Positions 1 to 10,400 of a stretch of 64,000 bases of DNA are shown here, piece by piece. The stretch lies in the NCBI GenBank assembly GCA_947589075.1, contig CANQBS010000003.1:23467-87466 (forward strand), read 5' to 3'. Both the position numbers and the translations under genes were made by a program. The notes below the pieces were generated by a model, which saw only the letters and a list, made by a program, of their open reading frames with translations, had not been told where the DNA came from and searched no databases. Each line of letters opens with the position of its first letter. Position 1 is the first letter of the stretch. This DNA is from an uncultured Acetatifactor sp. (lineage in GTDB: Bacteria; Bacillota; Clostridia; Lachnospirales; Lachnospiraceae).

Positions 1-953
1 TTAAAAATCACCGGACCGGGACTGGTAAGCTTGATCATCAGCGCGATCACCAGCATCACCGGCGACATGACCACGATACCCACCAGAGCTCCTATGATAT
101 CCACTGTCCTTTTGATCACCACATTCACGGTATTGGTAAGAGGCACTCTCCGGATATTGATCACAGGCAGCCCCATCAGGTCCTCGGTATAGGGGTGAGT
201 GGGGATCACACTGTTGTAATCCGGGATGAATTTGGTATGAACTCCTGCTTTTTCACAAATGCCGACGATCTCCTCCAGCATGTCGTAATCCTTCAATGCT
301 AGGGTAATAGCGATCTCGTCCATTTTATTTTCAGGGAGGATATACTCCAGATTACCGATGGTTCCCAACACCTTGACGCCCTTATAGGTTGCGCCCCGGG
401 GCACATGCTCGTCCAGAATGCCGCACACCACATATCCCCATTCCGGATTATCCAGGATACGGTCAATGTATTCCTCCGCCGCCCTGGAATACCCCACTAA
501 CAGGATATGTTTCAGGTTATAGCCTCTGCTGCGCATGGTCTGCAGGCTTTTCCGCAAAAGAATACGGGAACATCCCGTGATAAATATATTCAGGCAGAAG
601 AACAGCAGAAGCATTCCTCTGGAAATATTGATCTCCTTCAGGACGATATAAAGAAAAAGAATAAAAACTGCGATCCCGATAGCATTTGCCTGGATGATCT
701 TTCCTATTTCGTGACGCCTTCTTGCGGTCCGCTTGGGAGTGTAAACATTACATTTGTAATAAAGCACCATATAAAGCGGAATGATGGCGAACAGCATCAT
801 AAAATAATCTCTGCCCGGAAGATCTCCCACCTCAGGGCCGGGTTTTGAAATATAGAATCTGATATAATAAGCCAGAGCATATGAAACTGCTATGATGCAG
901 GCATCCATCACCAGGTGCAGTCTGTTGAAAATCTTTTGATTATCCTTTATCAT
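1..953 (-). CDS. Polyprenyl-phosphate glycosyl-1-phosphate transferase (WbaP/WsaP/EpsE-type initiating sugar transferase), N-terminal part; the 3' end runs off the left edge
   Basis: Absent from the ORF track because there is no stop in the window. My own reverse-complement translation from the ATG at 953-951 gives MIKDNQKIFNRLHLVMDA..., several hydrophobic helices, then YNLKHILLVGYSRAAEEYIDRILDNPEWGY (Rossmann-like linker). It ends in VMLVIALMIKLTSPGPVIF at the window edge, which is the hallmark start of the bacterial sugar-transferase domain. No in-frame stop was seen between 953 and about 361. Confidence 0.85.
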   Translation of the reverse strand, partial: MIKDNQKIFNRLHLVMDACIIAVSYALAYYIRFYISKPGPEVGDLPGRDYFMMLFAIIPLYMVLYYKCNVYTPKRTARRRHEIGKIIQANAIGIAVFILFLYIVLKEINISRGMLLLFFCLNIFITGCSRILLRKSLQTMRSRGYNLKHILLVGYSRAAEEYIDRILDNPEWGYVVCGILDEHVPRGATYKGVKVLGTIGNLEYILPENKMDEIAITLALKDYDMLEEIVGICEKAGVHTKFIPDYNSVIPTHPYTEDLMGLPVINIRRVPLTNTVNVVIKRTVDIIGALVGIVVMSPVMLVIALMIKLTSPGPVIF

Positions 954-1011
954 ATTGCCACCCAACTATTACACTACAATCAGCCCCATAAAAGAATCCT
1001 TTGCAAAAGGT

Positions 1012-1040
1012 ATTTTACAATAATCCTTTTTATCGGGCAA
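1012..1040 (-). promoter_or_regulatory. Possible sigma-A promoter upstream of the initiating transferase
   Basis: On the minus strand: TTGCCC, 17 nt, TAAAAT, located upstream of the ATG at 953. Confidence 0.35.
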
Positions 1041-1114
1041 CTTAATATTTTATGAAGCACTTTCTTAAAACGATTTAAAAGTTTGTTCGATTTTTGTTCG
1101 ATTTTTGGGGGATT

Positions 1115-2098
1115 TTATTTCTTCCCGAATAGTCTGAAGAAATTCAGGTAAAGCTGTCCCTGTATCGCAAGATAGTTTTTCAAATGACTTCGGCAAAAGC
1201 GCACTTTTGAACCGCGGCCTTCCTTCGTCATATATCTTAAGCCCCGAAAAACTCCTTTCAGATATAGGATACCCATTTTTTTAGATGTAAAGAAGCAGGT
1301 TTTTATAACAAATCCTGCCAATAAGAAGGGAAGATTCCATAACCATTGCAGGCACGGCATATTCTTGCCGATCACCAATACGCTGTTGGCCGACGCAAGC
1401 TTCGTTTTCCATTCGTTATAACGGGAGCCGGAAGATGCGCTTCCCGCATGAAGCACTCCGGCCGCCGGTTCATACCAGTTTTCATAACCGAAGATCCTGG
1501 CTCTGTAGCCGATATCAATATCTTCCAGGTATGCGAAATGCGCCTCGTCAAAATAACTGATCTCTTCCAGAACAGATTTCCGATAAATGGAAGCGCCGCC
1601 GCAGGCGGCAAAAACCGGCACGGCCTTATCAAATGCAGAGGCTGTCTTTCCCTTTCCCCGGGAAAAAGCCCAGCCAAGCACGCAGTAGCGGTCTCCCGCG
1701 TCATCGATCCGCTCAGGATCCTTCCAGTCCAGCATTTTGCTGCTGACGGAAAAAATTTTTTCATCCTTCATGATCGCCTGATACAGTGTCCTGACAAAAT
1801 CCGGGAAAACCACTGTATCATTGTTTAACAGAAGCACAAAAGGGGTCCTCGCCTGTCTGATCCCCACATTGACAGCATGACAAAAGCCGGTATTTTCCGG
1901 CAGGCAGATCAGTTCCGCCTGTGGATACCGTTCCCGAATGCGTCCGGCGCTTCCGTCCGCTGAACCGTTGTCCACCACCAGCACGTGAAACAGCTCCTGT
2001 TCCTCCAGGCGGTACAGACTGTCCAGACATCCTTCTATATAGTTGATCCCATTATAATTGGGAATCACCACCGTAACTTCCGCCAAATTTCCTCTCAT
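1115..2098 (-). CDS. Family 2 glycosyltransferase (rhamnosyltransferase-like)
   Basis: VVIPNYNGINYIEGCLDSL...VVDNGSADGS...LLLNNDT motifs. The start at 2098 (MRGNLAEV) is preferred over the ORF-track start at 2161 because GGAGG lies 5 nt upstream. Confidence 0.85.
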   Translation of the reverse strand: MRGNLAEVTVVIPNYNGINYIEGCLDSLYRLEEQELFHVLVVDNGSADGSAGRIRERYPQAELICLPENTGFCHAVNVGIRQARTPFVLLLNNDTVVFPDFVRTLYQAIMKDEKIFSVSSKMLDWKDPERIDDAGDRYCVLGWAFSRGKGKTASAFDKAVPVFAACGGASIYRKSVLEEISYFDEAHFAYLEDIDIGYRARIFGYENWYEPAAGVLHAGSASSGSRYNEWKTKLASANSVLVIGKNMPCLQWLWNLPFLLAGFVIKTCFFTSKKMGILYLKGVFRGLRYMTKEGRGSKVRFCRSHLKNYLAIQGQLYLNFFRLFGKK

Positions 2099-2170
2099 TC
2101 CGCCTCCGGCAGGCAGTCCTTTCGCAAAAAAAGAGTTCCGGTTTTCTTTGCTGCGGCACACCGCCCCTGC

Positions 2171-3562
2171 TTACAGGCTTCTGGTCCACCCGGGATCCCA
2201 GCAGACTAAAAAGCCTGCCTCCCGCAGCGCCTTCCCGAGCTTTACTCCGAGGAGAGCCGGATCCGCGTCCGCAGGCAGCGCGCTGTCATCAAACCGGGAC
2301 TCTCCCGGCTTCTCCCGATAGGGAAGCCCTACCGCCTCCTGAAAGATCGAATAACACTCTTCTGAAAGCCTGACGCACCTTAGATCCGGAGCCTCCACAT
2401 CCTGCATGAGCGCCGCCCTGTGCATATAGCCGGTAAATTGTTCCGGCGTCCCTTCAAAATAAACCCTGCCCCGGTCGTCCATGGCGCCTGCACAAACGCA
2501 CCTCAGCAGTCCCTTCTTCCTTTGAAGTAAACGTCCGCATACGGCTCCCACGTCCTTCCTTACCGTCAATATATCAGGCAGGTAACGCAGGGCATAAAAG
2601 CCCAGATGCTCTCCATGGACCGCCTCCGCTTTCCATCCCATCCGTTCTGTGAAATCCTGCAGGACTCTTCGTCCCGCTTCATAAGCATATCTTTTGCTTT
2701 CCGGGTTTTCCGCAGTGGAACCCGGATGACAGCGCCAATGATAAAGGACTCTGGAAATGTGGGCGATTTCCTCCCTGTGGGGAAGGATATCCGCTGCAGC
2801 CCGCAGGATAAGATCATAATCCTGGGCGCCGTCAAATTCCTTCCTGAGCTTAAGCTTCTGCATCAGCTCCCGCTTCATCACCAGGAAATGACAGATATAA
2901 TTATTGGAAAGCAGCAGATCCAGATTAAAATCCGGTTTCCAATGGGGTTCATAAAACGCTTTTCCCCCGTCCCATTTATCCTCATCGGAATAGAGCATCT
3001 GCAGGCTTCTTCCGGCTTTCTTTTCCCTCTCAATACAAAGGACCATCTCGTACAGGGCGTCCGGCGTCAGCACATCATCGTGATCCAAAAGACCTATATA
3101 ATCGCCGGCAGCCTCCGCCAGCGCCCGGTTCGTATTTTCGGAAATACCTCCATTTTCCTTTAAGGGCAGGTACCGAACCCGCGCCTCCTTTGTCCTTGCC
3201 AGATCCGCTTCCGCCAGCCGCCTTACCACGTTCTCCAGCCTGCCGTCTCTTGTGGCGTCCGCTATGAGAAGCTCCAGCCTTCCATAGGTCTGGGCAAGCA
3301 CGGATTCCATCATTTCCCAAAGGTAATCCTCCGGGGTTTCAAAGGCGGGCACCACAATACTGAACAGGGGAGCGTCTTCCCTGCTTCTGATCTTCCGGGC
3401 TTCTTTTCTCTGGACCTCCAGCTCTTCTTCTGTCGGGCCCTCATATCGGTATTTCACTTTTCCATAAGCTTCAAAACGCTCCCACACCGCAAAAAACGTT
3501 TTTCGGATTCCATTACGCTGCAGGTAAGCGAACATTTTTTTCCCATTTGCCAACAGCTTCAA
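2171..3562 (-). CDS. Family 2 glycosyltransferase with a degenerate C-terminal second domain
   Basis: FSIVVPAFETPEDYLWEMMESVLAQTY...LLDHDDVLTPDALYEM...YSDEDK...FDGAQDYDLILR. It is a paralogue of the N-terminal half of the 654-aa protein at 5485-7449. TTG start with GAGGTG upstream. Confidence 0.85.
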   Translation of the reverse strand: MKLLANGKKMFAYLQRNGIRKTFFAVWERFEAYGKVKYRYEGPTEEELEVQRKEARKIRSREDAPLFSIVVPAFETPEDYLWEMMESVLAQTYGRLELLIADATRDGRLENVVRRLAEADLARTKEARVRYLPLKENGGISENTNRALAEAAGDYIGLLDHDDVLTPDALYEMVLCIEREKKAGRSLQMLYSDEDKWDGGKAFYEPHWKPDFNLDLLLSNNYICHFLVMKRELMQKLKLRKEFDGAQDYDLILRAAADILPHREEIAHISRVLYHWRCHPGSTAENPESKRYAYEAGRRVLQDFTERMGWKAEAVHGEHLGFYALRYLPDILTVRKDVGAVCGRLLQRKKGLLRCVCAGAMDDRGRVYFEGTPEQFTGYMHRAALMQDVEAPDLRCVRLSEECYSIFQEAVGLPYREKPGESRFDDSALPADADPALLGVKLGKALREAGFLVCWDPGWTRSL

Positions 3563-3590
3563 CAGGGTTCACCTCAAAATATCCATGGCT

Positions 3591-5312
3591 TTACAGGCAG
3601 GCCTTCACATCCTCCGTCAGCTTTGCCACCTTCGCCTGGGCATCCTCCAGGCTGCTGCCCTTCACGCCCATGTAGAACTTGATCTTCGGCTCTGTTCCGG
3701 AAGGACGGGCGCAGCACCATGCCTCATCCGGAAGCTCAAAGTACAGGACATTGGATTTCGGCAGACCGGTGACCGTTTCCTGGCCGGTTTCCATATCAAC
3801 ATAACGATCCGTCAGGTAATCCCTGAACTTCAGCACCTTTAATTCTCCAAAGGCCTTCGGAGGATTCTTACGGAGCTTATCCATGATCTCGGCGATCTGC
3901 CTGGAGCCGTCGATGCCCTTCAAGGTAATGGTATACTGGGTCTCCTTGAAGTAACCGTATTTCTCGTACATATCCAGCATCATATCCCACAGGGTCTTGC
4001 CGTGCTTCTTGCAGTAAGCGGCTACCTCGCACAGGCACATGACCGCCACACAGGCATCCTTATCCCTGGCGTGGGTTCCTGCCAGGCATCCGTAGCTCTC
4101 CTCCAGACCGAACACATAATGGTTGGAACCCGTCTGTTCAAACAGTTTGATCTGCTCTCCGATGAACTTAAAGCCCGTCAGCACCTCTATCTTCTTCACG
4201 CCATATTCCCTGGTGATAGGCCCCGTCATGTTGGTGGTAACAATGGTGGTGACCAGAGCGGGGTTCTCCGGCATGGTCTTCGTCGCGGTTCTCTCTCTCA
4301 GGATATATTCCGCGATCAGCATACCGGACATATTGCCGGTAAAGGAAACATATTCCCCGGTCTTCGTATCTTTACAATAAACCCCTAAGCGGTCAGCGTC
4401 CGGATCCGTCGCAAGGACGATATCCGCATCCTTTTCCTTCGCCAGGCGGAGGGCATAGGTAAAGGCTTTGGGATCTTCCGGATTGGGATATTCCAGAGTC
4501 GTAAAATCAGGATCCGGGTTTTCCTGCTCGGGAACCACATACACATGCTTGAAGCCCAGCTCCGAAAGCACTCTTCTCACCGGAAGATTTCCGGTTCCGC
4601 AAAGGGGAGTATAAACGATCTTAATATCCTCCGCCATTTCCCTGATCACATCAGGATGGATGATCTGCTTTTTCAGCTCCGTCATATAGGCGTCGTCTAT
4701 TTCTTTTCCGATCACCTGGTACAGACCTGCGGCGACAGCAGCATCCTTGTCCATGGTCTTTACGGTATGATAATCATGAATTGCCTGAACCTCGCCGATG
4801 ATCTCTTTGTCCTTGGGAGCCGTTACCTGGGCGCCGTCCTCCCAGTATACCTTATATCCGTTGTATTCGGGGGGATTATGGCTGGCGGTCACTACGATCC
4901 CCGCGGTGCAGCCTAATGTGCGCAGCGCAAAGGAAAGCTCCGGGGTAGGACGAAGGGAATCAAATACATAAGCCTTGATCCCGTTGGCCGCAAGGCACAG
5001 ACCGGCAACGTCCGCAAACTCCGGCGACATATGGCGGGAATCATAGGCAATGGCAACTCCCTTTGCCTGGGTGCCCTGCTTCAGGATAAAATTAGCCAGC
5101 CCCTGGGTCGCCTTACGGACCGTATAAACATTCATGCGGTTGGTGCCCGCACCGATCACGCCCCGCAGACCTCCGGTTCCGAATTCCAGCTCCTTATAAA
5201 ACCGCTCTTCGATCTCCTTTTCATTATCCCGGATCCCTAAAAGTTCATCCTTGGTGGCCTGATCAAAATAATCATCCTCAAGCCAGAAACGATACTCATC
5301 CATATAGCTCAT
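3591..5312 (-). CDS. Phosphosugar mutase (alpha-phosphoglucomutase/phosphomannomutase family)
   Basis: TASHNPPEYNGYKVY phosphoserine loop, four-domain length, and GTEPKIKFY near the C-terminus. The start at 5312 (MSYMDEYRF) has AAGGAGG 8 nt upstream. The 25 extra N-terminal codons in the ORF track overlap a repeat/leader. Confidence 0.9.
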   Translation of the reverse strand: MSYMDEYRFWLEDDYFDQATKDELLGIRDNEKEIEERFYKELEFGTGGLRGVIGAGTNRMNVYTVRKATQGLANFILKQGTQAKGVAIAYDSRHMSPEFADVAGLCLAANGIKAYVFDSLRPTPELSFALRTLGCTAGIVVTASHNPPEYNGYKVYWEDGAQVTAPKDKEIIGEVQAIHDYHTVKTMDKDAAVAAGLYQVIGKEIDDAYMTELKKQIIHPDVIREMAEDIKIVYTPLCGTGNLPVRRVLSELGFKHVYVVPEQENPDPDFTTLEYPNPEDPKAFTYALRLAKEKDADIVLATDPDADRLGVYCKDTKTGEYVSFTGNMSGMLIAEYILRERTATKTMPENPALVTTIVTTNMTGPITREYGVKKIEVLTGFKFIGEQIKLFEQTGSNHYVFGLEESYGCLAGTHARDKDACVAVMCLCEVAAYCKKHGKTLWDMMLDMYEKYGYFKETQYTITLKGIDGSRQIAEIMDKLRKNPPKAFGELKVLKFRDYLTDRYVDMETGQETVTGLPKSNVLYFELPDEAWCCARPSGTEPKIKFYMGVKGSSLEDAQAKVAKLTEDVKACL

Positions 5313-5360
5313 TGCAACAGCCTCCTTTATTCTTTCAATCCTATTATATGCCATGAAAAC

Positions 5361-5417
5361 GGCGGCAAGCCAATGAAATCGGCCCACCTTCTGCGTCCGC
5401 AGAATTATTGTACCACA
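5361..5417. repeat. Partial copy of a GC-rich hairpin repeat that also occurs at 46042-46191
   Basis: ggcggcaagccaatgaaatcggcccaccttctgcgtccgcagaattattgtaccaca aligns with the reverse complement of 46042-46105 (aagccgatggaatcggcttgaattctgcgtcagcagaattattgtatcaca). Confidence 0.6.
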
Positions 5418-5435
5418 ATCTTCCGGTTATGAAAA
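5407..5435 (-). promoter_or_regulatory. Extended -10 promoter for the phosphosugar mutase and downstream genes
   Basis: On the minus strand: TGgTACAAT (extended -10), with a weak TTTTCA placed 17 nt upstream. Confidence 0.45.
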
Positions 5436-5484
5436 GTATCTTTCATCATAACATTTCCTTCTCCAACTGCCTTCCGGCCTCTAT

Positions 5485-7449
5485 CTACTCTTCCGCCTTC
5501 AAAGAAAAATCGCTGCGGTCCAGAGAAAAATTCGGATTATAGTAGGGGTCCCCCGCTTCCAGAACCACCTTCCACCTTGCGCGGAAACGCTCCGCTTCCC
5601 GTTCATAGCGCTGAGCGCGCTCCCCTTTGTCGTCCAGTCCCCTGGTAGCAGATTCATAATGATACAGCTGGGCATAGGGCGTCCACACATTTAACAGTCC
5701 CTTTTCCCGCAGCCTCAGGCAAAAATCCACGTCGTTCAAGGAGATTTCAAAGCTCTCGTCCAGTCCGCCTAGCTCATCATACAGGCTCTTTTTCACCATC
5801 AGGCAGGCGCCGGTCACCGCAGAAAAATTCTGGGCGTAGCACAATCTTCCCATATATCCCACATCCTGCCAGAAATACTTATAATGAACATGTCCTGCGG
5901 TCCGGTGCGCTCCCAGCCCGATCACGATGCCTGCATGCTGAACGGTCCGATCCGGGTAATACAGCATGGCTCCCACCGCCCCCACGTCCTGCCTCTGGGC
6001 AAACATCAACATCTCTTCCATCCAGCTGCCTGTGATCACCTCGGTATCATTGTTCAAAAGAAGCAAAAATTCACCCTCAGCCTGGGACGCCGCAAAATTA
6101 TTCACCGCCGAATAGTTGAAGCCCCCCTGGTAATACAAGACCCGGACTTTTTCATTTTGGGCGATCTCCTGATAATACTCCTGAATCTCCGGCGCAGTGC
6201 TGTTATTCTCCACTATGAGGATCTCATAATTTTCATAGGTGGATCTCTCCAGAATGGAGCTGACACACCGTTTCAGATCCTCCGCATGATCCTTATTGGG
6301 GATGAGGATAGACACCTTGGGCCGTCCCAGAACCTCGTACTGAATGCGGAAGATCGTGGCGAAAGCCCTGCTGCTGGTGATGCGGAAATTTGCAAACCCG
6401 TGTCTTTCCAGATGCTCGGAAACCGCCTTTTTTGCCGCTTCCACCGCATAGGGCTTGGCGGAAATATCCGAGGATACGCTGCCCGGATGGCTTCTCCAGT
6501 AATAAAGCACCTTCGGCACATGAACAATATGCTCCGCCCTGTCCGTCAGCCGCAGGATCATATCGTGATCCTGGCTGCCGTCAAATTTTGTTCTGAAAAG
6601 TTCGGTACCTTCCATCAGATTCCTGGAAAAAACGCTGAAATGGCAGATGTAATTGTTGGCGCGCAGATTATCCGGCGCATAATCCGGCTTAAAATGCAGC
6701 GTCAGCATTTTATTGATATTTCCGTCATGGAAGGTGATCTCATCGCAATAAACATAATCCGCATTCTGCTCATTGATGGTTTTTACATACTCGTACAGGG
6801 CGCTGGGATGAAGGATATCATCCTGGTCGAAGAGTCCGATATAGTCCCCTGTGGCCATTTCATAGCAGGCGTTGGTATTGCTGGCGATGCCGCCGTTTTT
6901 TTCCAGACGGCGGTATTTGATCCTGCCGTTGGCTCTTTCGGCATATTCCTTACAGATCTGACCGATATATGCGTGCTGTTCATCGGATCCGTCCGCCAGG
7001 CATAACTCCCAGTTCTCATAGGTCTGGTTCATCATGCTGTCCAGCATTTCCCTCTGATACCGGGGATCATTGTTCCACAAAGGAACCAGCACGCTGATCT
7101 TCACCATCCGAGGGAATCTCTCCGAACGCTGAGCCGCCGCTTCTTCTTCCTCCGGAAAGCTTCCGGTTCCGTATCTCAAGGCGATCTTCTTTTCCTTCTG
7201 CTTCCGCCTGATCTTCTTCATGATCTCCTTCGGGCTTCCGCAGCGCTTCAGTCTGTCCTTCTGCCGGACCACCCAATGGAAACACACACGGGCCGGTTTG
7301 CTGAGCTTCCAGAGAGGGTGGGTTTTGATCCGGTCGATCTCCCATTCCAGCTGCCTGATCCGCTCGTCCTGCTCCGTGATATGCGCCGCCAGCTCAACAC
7401 ATTTGGTATGCTCCTTTTCATATGCCTCTCTATAGTCATTCTCAGTCAT
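5485..7449 (-). CDS. Bifunctional glycosyltransferase with two GT2 domains and an N-terminal coiled-coil-like segment
   Basis: Domain 1: ISVLVPLWNNDPRYQREMLDSMMNQTY...LFDQDDILHPSALYEY...FDGSQDHDMILR. Domain 2: VSILIPNKDHAEDLKRCVSSIL...LIVENNST...LLLNNDTEV...DVDFCLRL. Confidence 0.85.
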   Translation of the reverse strand: MTENDYREAYEKEHTKCVELAAHITEQDERIRQLEWEIDRIKTHPLWKLSKPARVCFHWVVRQKDRLKRCGSPKEIMKKIRRKQKEKKIALRYGTGSFPEEEEAAAQRSERFPRMVKISVLVPLWNNDPRYQREMLDSMMNQTYENWELCLADGSDEQHAYIGQICKEYAERANGRIKYRRLEKNGGIASNTNACYEMATGDYIGLFDQDDILHPSALYEYVKTINEQNADYVYCDEITFHDGNINKMLTLHFKPDYAPDNLRANNYICHFSVFSRNLMEGTELFRTKFDGSQDHDMILRLTDRAEHIVHVPKVLYYWRSHPGSVSSDISAKPYAVEAAKKAVSEHLERHGFANFRITSSRAFATIFRIQYEVLGRPKVSILIPNKDHAEDLKRCVSSILERSTYENYEILIVENNSTAPEIQEYYQEIAQNEKVRVLYYQGGFNYSAVNNFAASQAEGEFLLLLNNDTEVITGSWMEEMLMFAQRQDVGAVGAMLYYPDRTVQHAGIVIGLGAHRTAGHVHYKYFWQDVGYMGRLCYAQNFSAVTGACLMVKKSLYDELGGLDESFEISLNDVDFCLRLREKGLLNVWTPYAQLYHYESATRGLDDKGERAQRYEREAERFRARWKVVLEAGDPYYNPNFSLDRSDFSLKAEE

Positions 7450-7482
7450 ACCCTGTCCAACCTTTCCGTTTCCTGACGCTTC

Positions 7483-10400
7483 TCAGCAGCGCCACAAAAA
7501 GCTGCTCCAGTTAAGCAGTCCCTGACCGCCCCGCCTGTCCTGTGCCGCCACTCCGATCCGATAAGCGCCTTCCGGAACCGCTTTCTTCCATTTCACGCAG
7601 AACCCGGAGAGAGCAACATTTTTCTGCCGGGGCATGTTCTTTTCCAGATCAGGGCGATACTGCCCCGTCAGCCTCTGGAGATATACCTTCTGCTTTTCCT
7701 GTCCCTTTCCGGCTTCCTGTCCCCTTCCGGCTTCCTGTCCCTTTCCGTCCTCCCGTTTCTTTCCGGCTTCCCGTTCCCTTCCGGCATCTTGTCCCTTTCC
7801 GGCTTTTTCCGGAACAGATGTCCCTTCCGCCGGGCACAGGATAAGGGTCAGCTCATAGCGGGCATTGTCAGCTCCCAGCACCACGGCATAGCCCTGGAGC
7901 ATCCGATCGTCGCAGCGCCCGATCCCCACCTGGAGCACCCCGTCTTTCCGGATGCTCTTTCCTTCCAGCAGGAAGCTGTTCCCTTCTTTTTCCCATCCAA
8001 CGCCCGAAGCATCCCCTGAAATCAGTTCCGCTTCCCTTACATCAAGGGTATCCGGAATATTGCGGGCGGTCACATAAGCAGGCCAGACAGCGGTATCCAG
8101 GGCGTCATGGCAAAAACCTTCCGGGAAATAAGGATCCTTTTCCAAAAGCCCCGGATGCCTTTCATACAATCTCCTCTGTTCTGCCTGCAGGCGCTCAAGC
8201 TTTCCGGCGGATTCGTCGTCCGCCCCTCTGCTTAAGGATTCATGATGATATGCAAAAATGCGGTTCAGCACCACATTGGAATAACCCTGTTCCCAAAGGC
8301 CGAAACAAAGATCCACGTCATTATAAGCGATGGGCAGCTCTTCGCAAAAGCCTCCTGCGGTCCGGAACTTTTCAGCGCTGCACATCAGACAGGCTCCCGT
8401 TACCGCTAACACATTCCAGTCCAGTTTGTTGCGCCCATGATCGTAGTCACGGTCGTCCGGCAGAAACTGAAGCTTATGGACCGGACCATTGGGGAGATTC
8501 GTGACTCCAACGTGCTGTATGTTTTTTCCATGAGGATAATACAGCTTCATCCCAACAGCGCCTGCATAGGGAAGAGAAGCCTTCTCAGTCATTTCCTCCA
8601 GCCATCCGCTGCAGCACATCTCAATATCGTCGTTCAGGAAAAGCAGATATTCCCCCTCCGCCCTCTCTGCCCCAAGATTGCACATCCTGGAAAAATGAAA
8701 GGGCATGGGCTGAAACAGGTAGGTGCTCTTTACGGAAATCGTTTTTAAAGTCTGCTCCACCCGAAGGCGGTTCTCTTCCCGGCTGCCGTTATCCACCACG
8801 ATGAGCTCATAGCCCGAGGTCCCCTGAGTGCGGAGTATGGACTGGATGCACTGTTCCAATACGGTCGGATTATCCCTGGAGGGAATGATTATGGAAACAA
8901 CTGTGTCCGCAGGAAGACCCGGTTTTTTACAGGAACAATCAGAGGAACAGGAGAAATTCCGGAACGCTTCCTGCTGGTCTTTCCTGCTGCCATGGTACAG
9001 AATATGAGGAATATGTCCTATAGCCCTGCAGCCCCGTTCAAAGCCTCCTGCCGCACGGGCAAATTCCTTCGCCAGGGCATATAATTCCCCTATATTTTTT
9101 GCTCCTTCCTTCTGTGCCGACGCAGCGGCCTCCTCTGGGAGAGAATTCCCGACCTTTTCCAGCCACTCCCTGCGGACAGCCATTATGCTGCCCCAGTAAA
9201 AAAAGGACTGAAAAGTGTCCGGGGACCATTGAGGTTTAAACCAGGGGCTGCTGCGTCTCCCATCCAAGGGGGACTCCACATCCTCGTCCCCATAAGCCAC
9301 CACAACATCCGGATTCTCCCGGAAAAATCTCTCTATCTGATCCTTTGCGTTTTCTGCCGGTCTTCCGCCCCCGGCATAATAGACCAGCGCCGCGGCAGCT
9401 TCCGGCATCCCGACAGACTCCGATTCCACGGCACCTTCCAGCGCCGCAGCAGTTTCCAGCGCTGCGGCGGACACAGGGTTCCTGCCGGATTCCTTCACTT
9501 CCTCCTGCCGGGAGAAATTATTTTTTTTTTCTTCTTCCCTGACCCATTCATCATAGGTGATTTTTTTCAGGGAAAGCTCCTTTTCATAACGGAGCCTTTC
9601 TCCTTTCCTGTCATACAGGATCTTTTCTTCTGCCTTACGCTTTAATTTCCCTGCAGCCCTCTTAAGTCTGAGACCGGGTTTCGACCGGTCCTTTGTTTTT
9701 TTGAACCTGCCGGCATCCGCCATAACCTCAGCCAGAGCCGCCGGCATCCTGACAATCTGCATTTTTATGGAAAGACCGTTTTCTTCCTTCCTGTTGGCAA
9801 AACGGTCTGTCTGCAGAAGAATGTTGGGATCCTCCGTAGAGAAAAGGAAAATCAGCATCGGTTCTCCCGTTTCACTGTCCTTCCCCCTCTTCACGCTCCC
9901 ATTGGAAACGAACAGACGCCGGTTCCTTAAATCCACCGATTCCCCGTTCCAGAGCATTTCCTTTAAATATACGGCACAGGAATCCATCATGGGGTCGATC
10001 CGAAGGGCTTTGACTTCCCCGACCACTGAAAGGGTCACATCTATGGTATGATCACCCCGGTAAGCCCCCGGCACGAAATAAGACTCCGATTCTGCGAAGC
10101 CGCTTCCCCGGTCCTCATAGATCTGAAGCCTGCAGGACCTTACAGCCTTCAGGTTCCGGTCCATCCATTCCAGAGGAGCAAAAACCTCCTTGTCCATGTA
10201 ATCCCGAAGCTGGGCCATGGAAAGCCTTCCGCCGTTCACATAACTCTGGAAGTCCCATTCCTGCTGCCTGCAGGCCTGGGCCTCCTCTTCGCTGATCCCC
10301 AGCTCCCGCATCAGCCGCGCTTCGTCCAGGATCCGGCGCTTCTCATTTTCCAGCATATAGCAGTAAGCCGCCCGATAAGCCAGGAGCTTCCCGGGGATCG

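Noticed and set aside
1084-1105. tgttcgatttt x2 tandem repeat, considered as a reverse-orientation relative of the CCGACAAACA motif.
   Set aside because: The similarity needs an indel and the opposite orientation, and only two short units are present. It is too weak to link to the recurring 10-mer.
5313-5387. The 25-codon N-terminal extension of the phosphosugar mutase in the ORF track (MGRFHWLAAVFMAYNRIERIKEAVA).
   Set aside because: It has no RBS, and a strong AAGGAGG precedes the internal ATG at 5312. The extension also overlaps the repeat/leader element.
5884-7005. Long plus-strand ORFs antisense to the big minus-strand genes (for example 5884-7005, 10654-11760, 12615-13385, 15862-16848, 17177-17770 and 57494-58705).
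   Set aside because: Each lies wholly inside a minus-strand gene that has clear family motifs. Their translations are low-complexity or R/H/L/I-rich with no recognisable domains and no RBS. They are shadow ORFs.
7542-7858. Plus-strand ORFs with PFRLPV or SCPFPA repeats.
   Set aside because: They are simply the reverse-strand reading of the 18-bp purine-rich repeat inside the 1479-aa gene.
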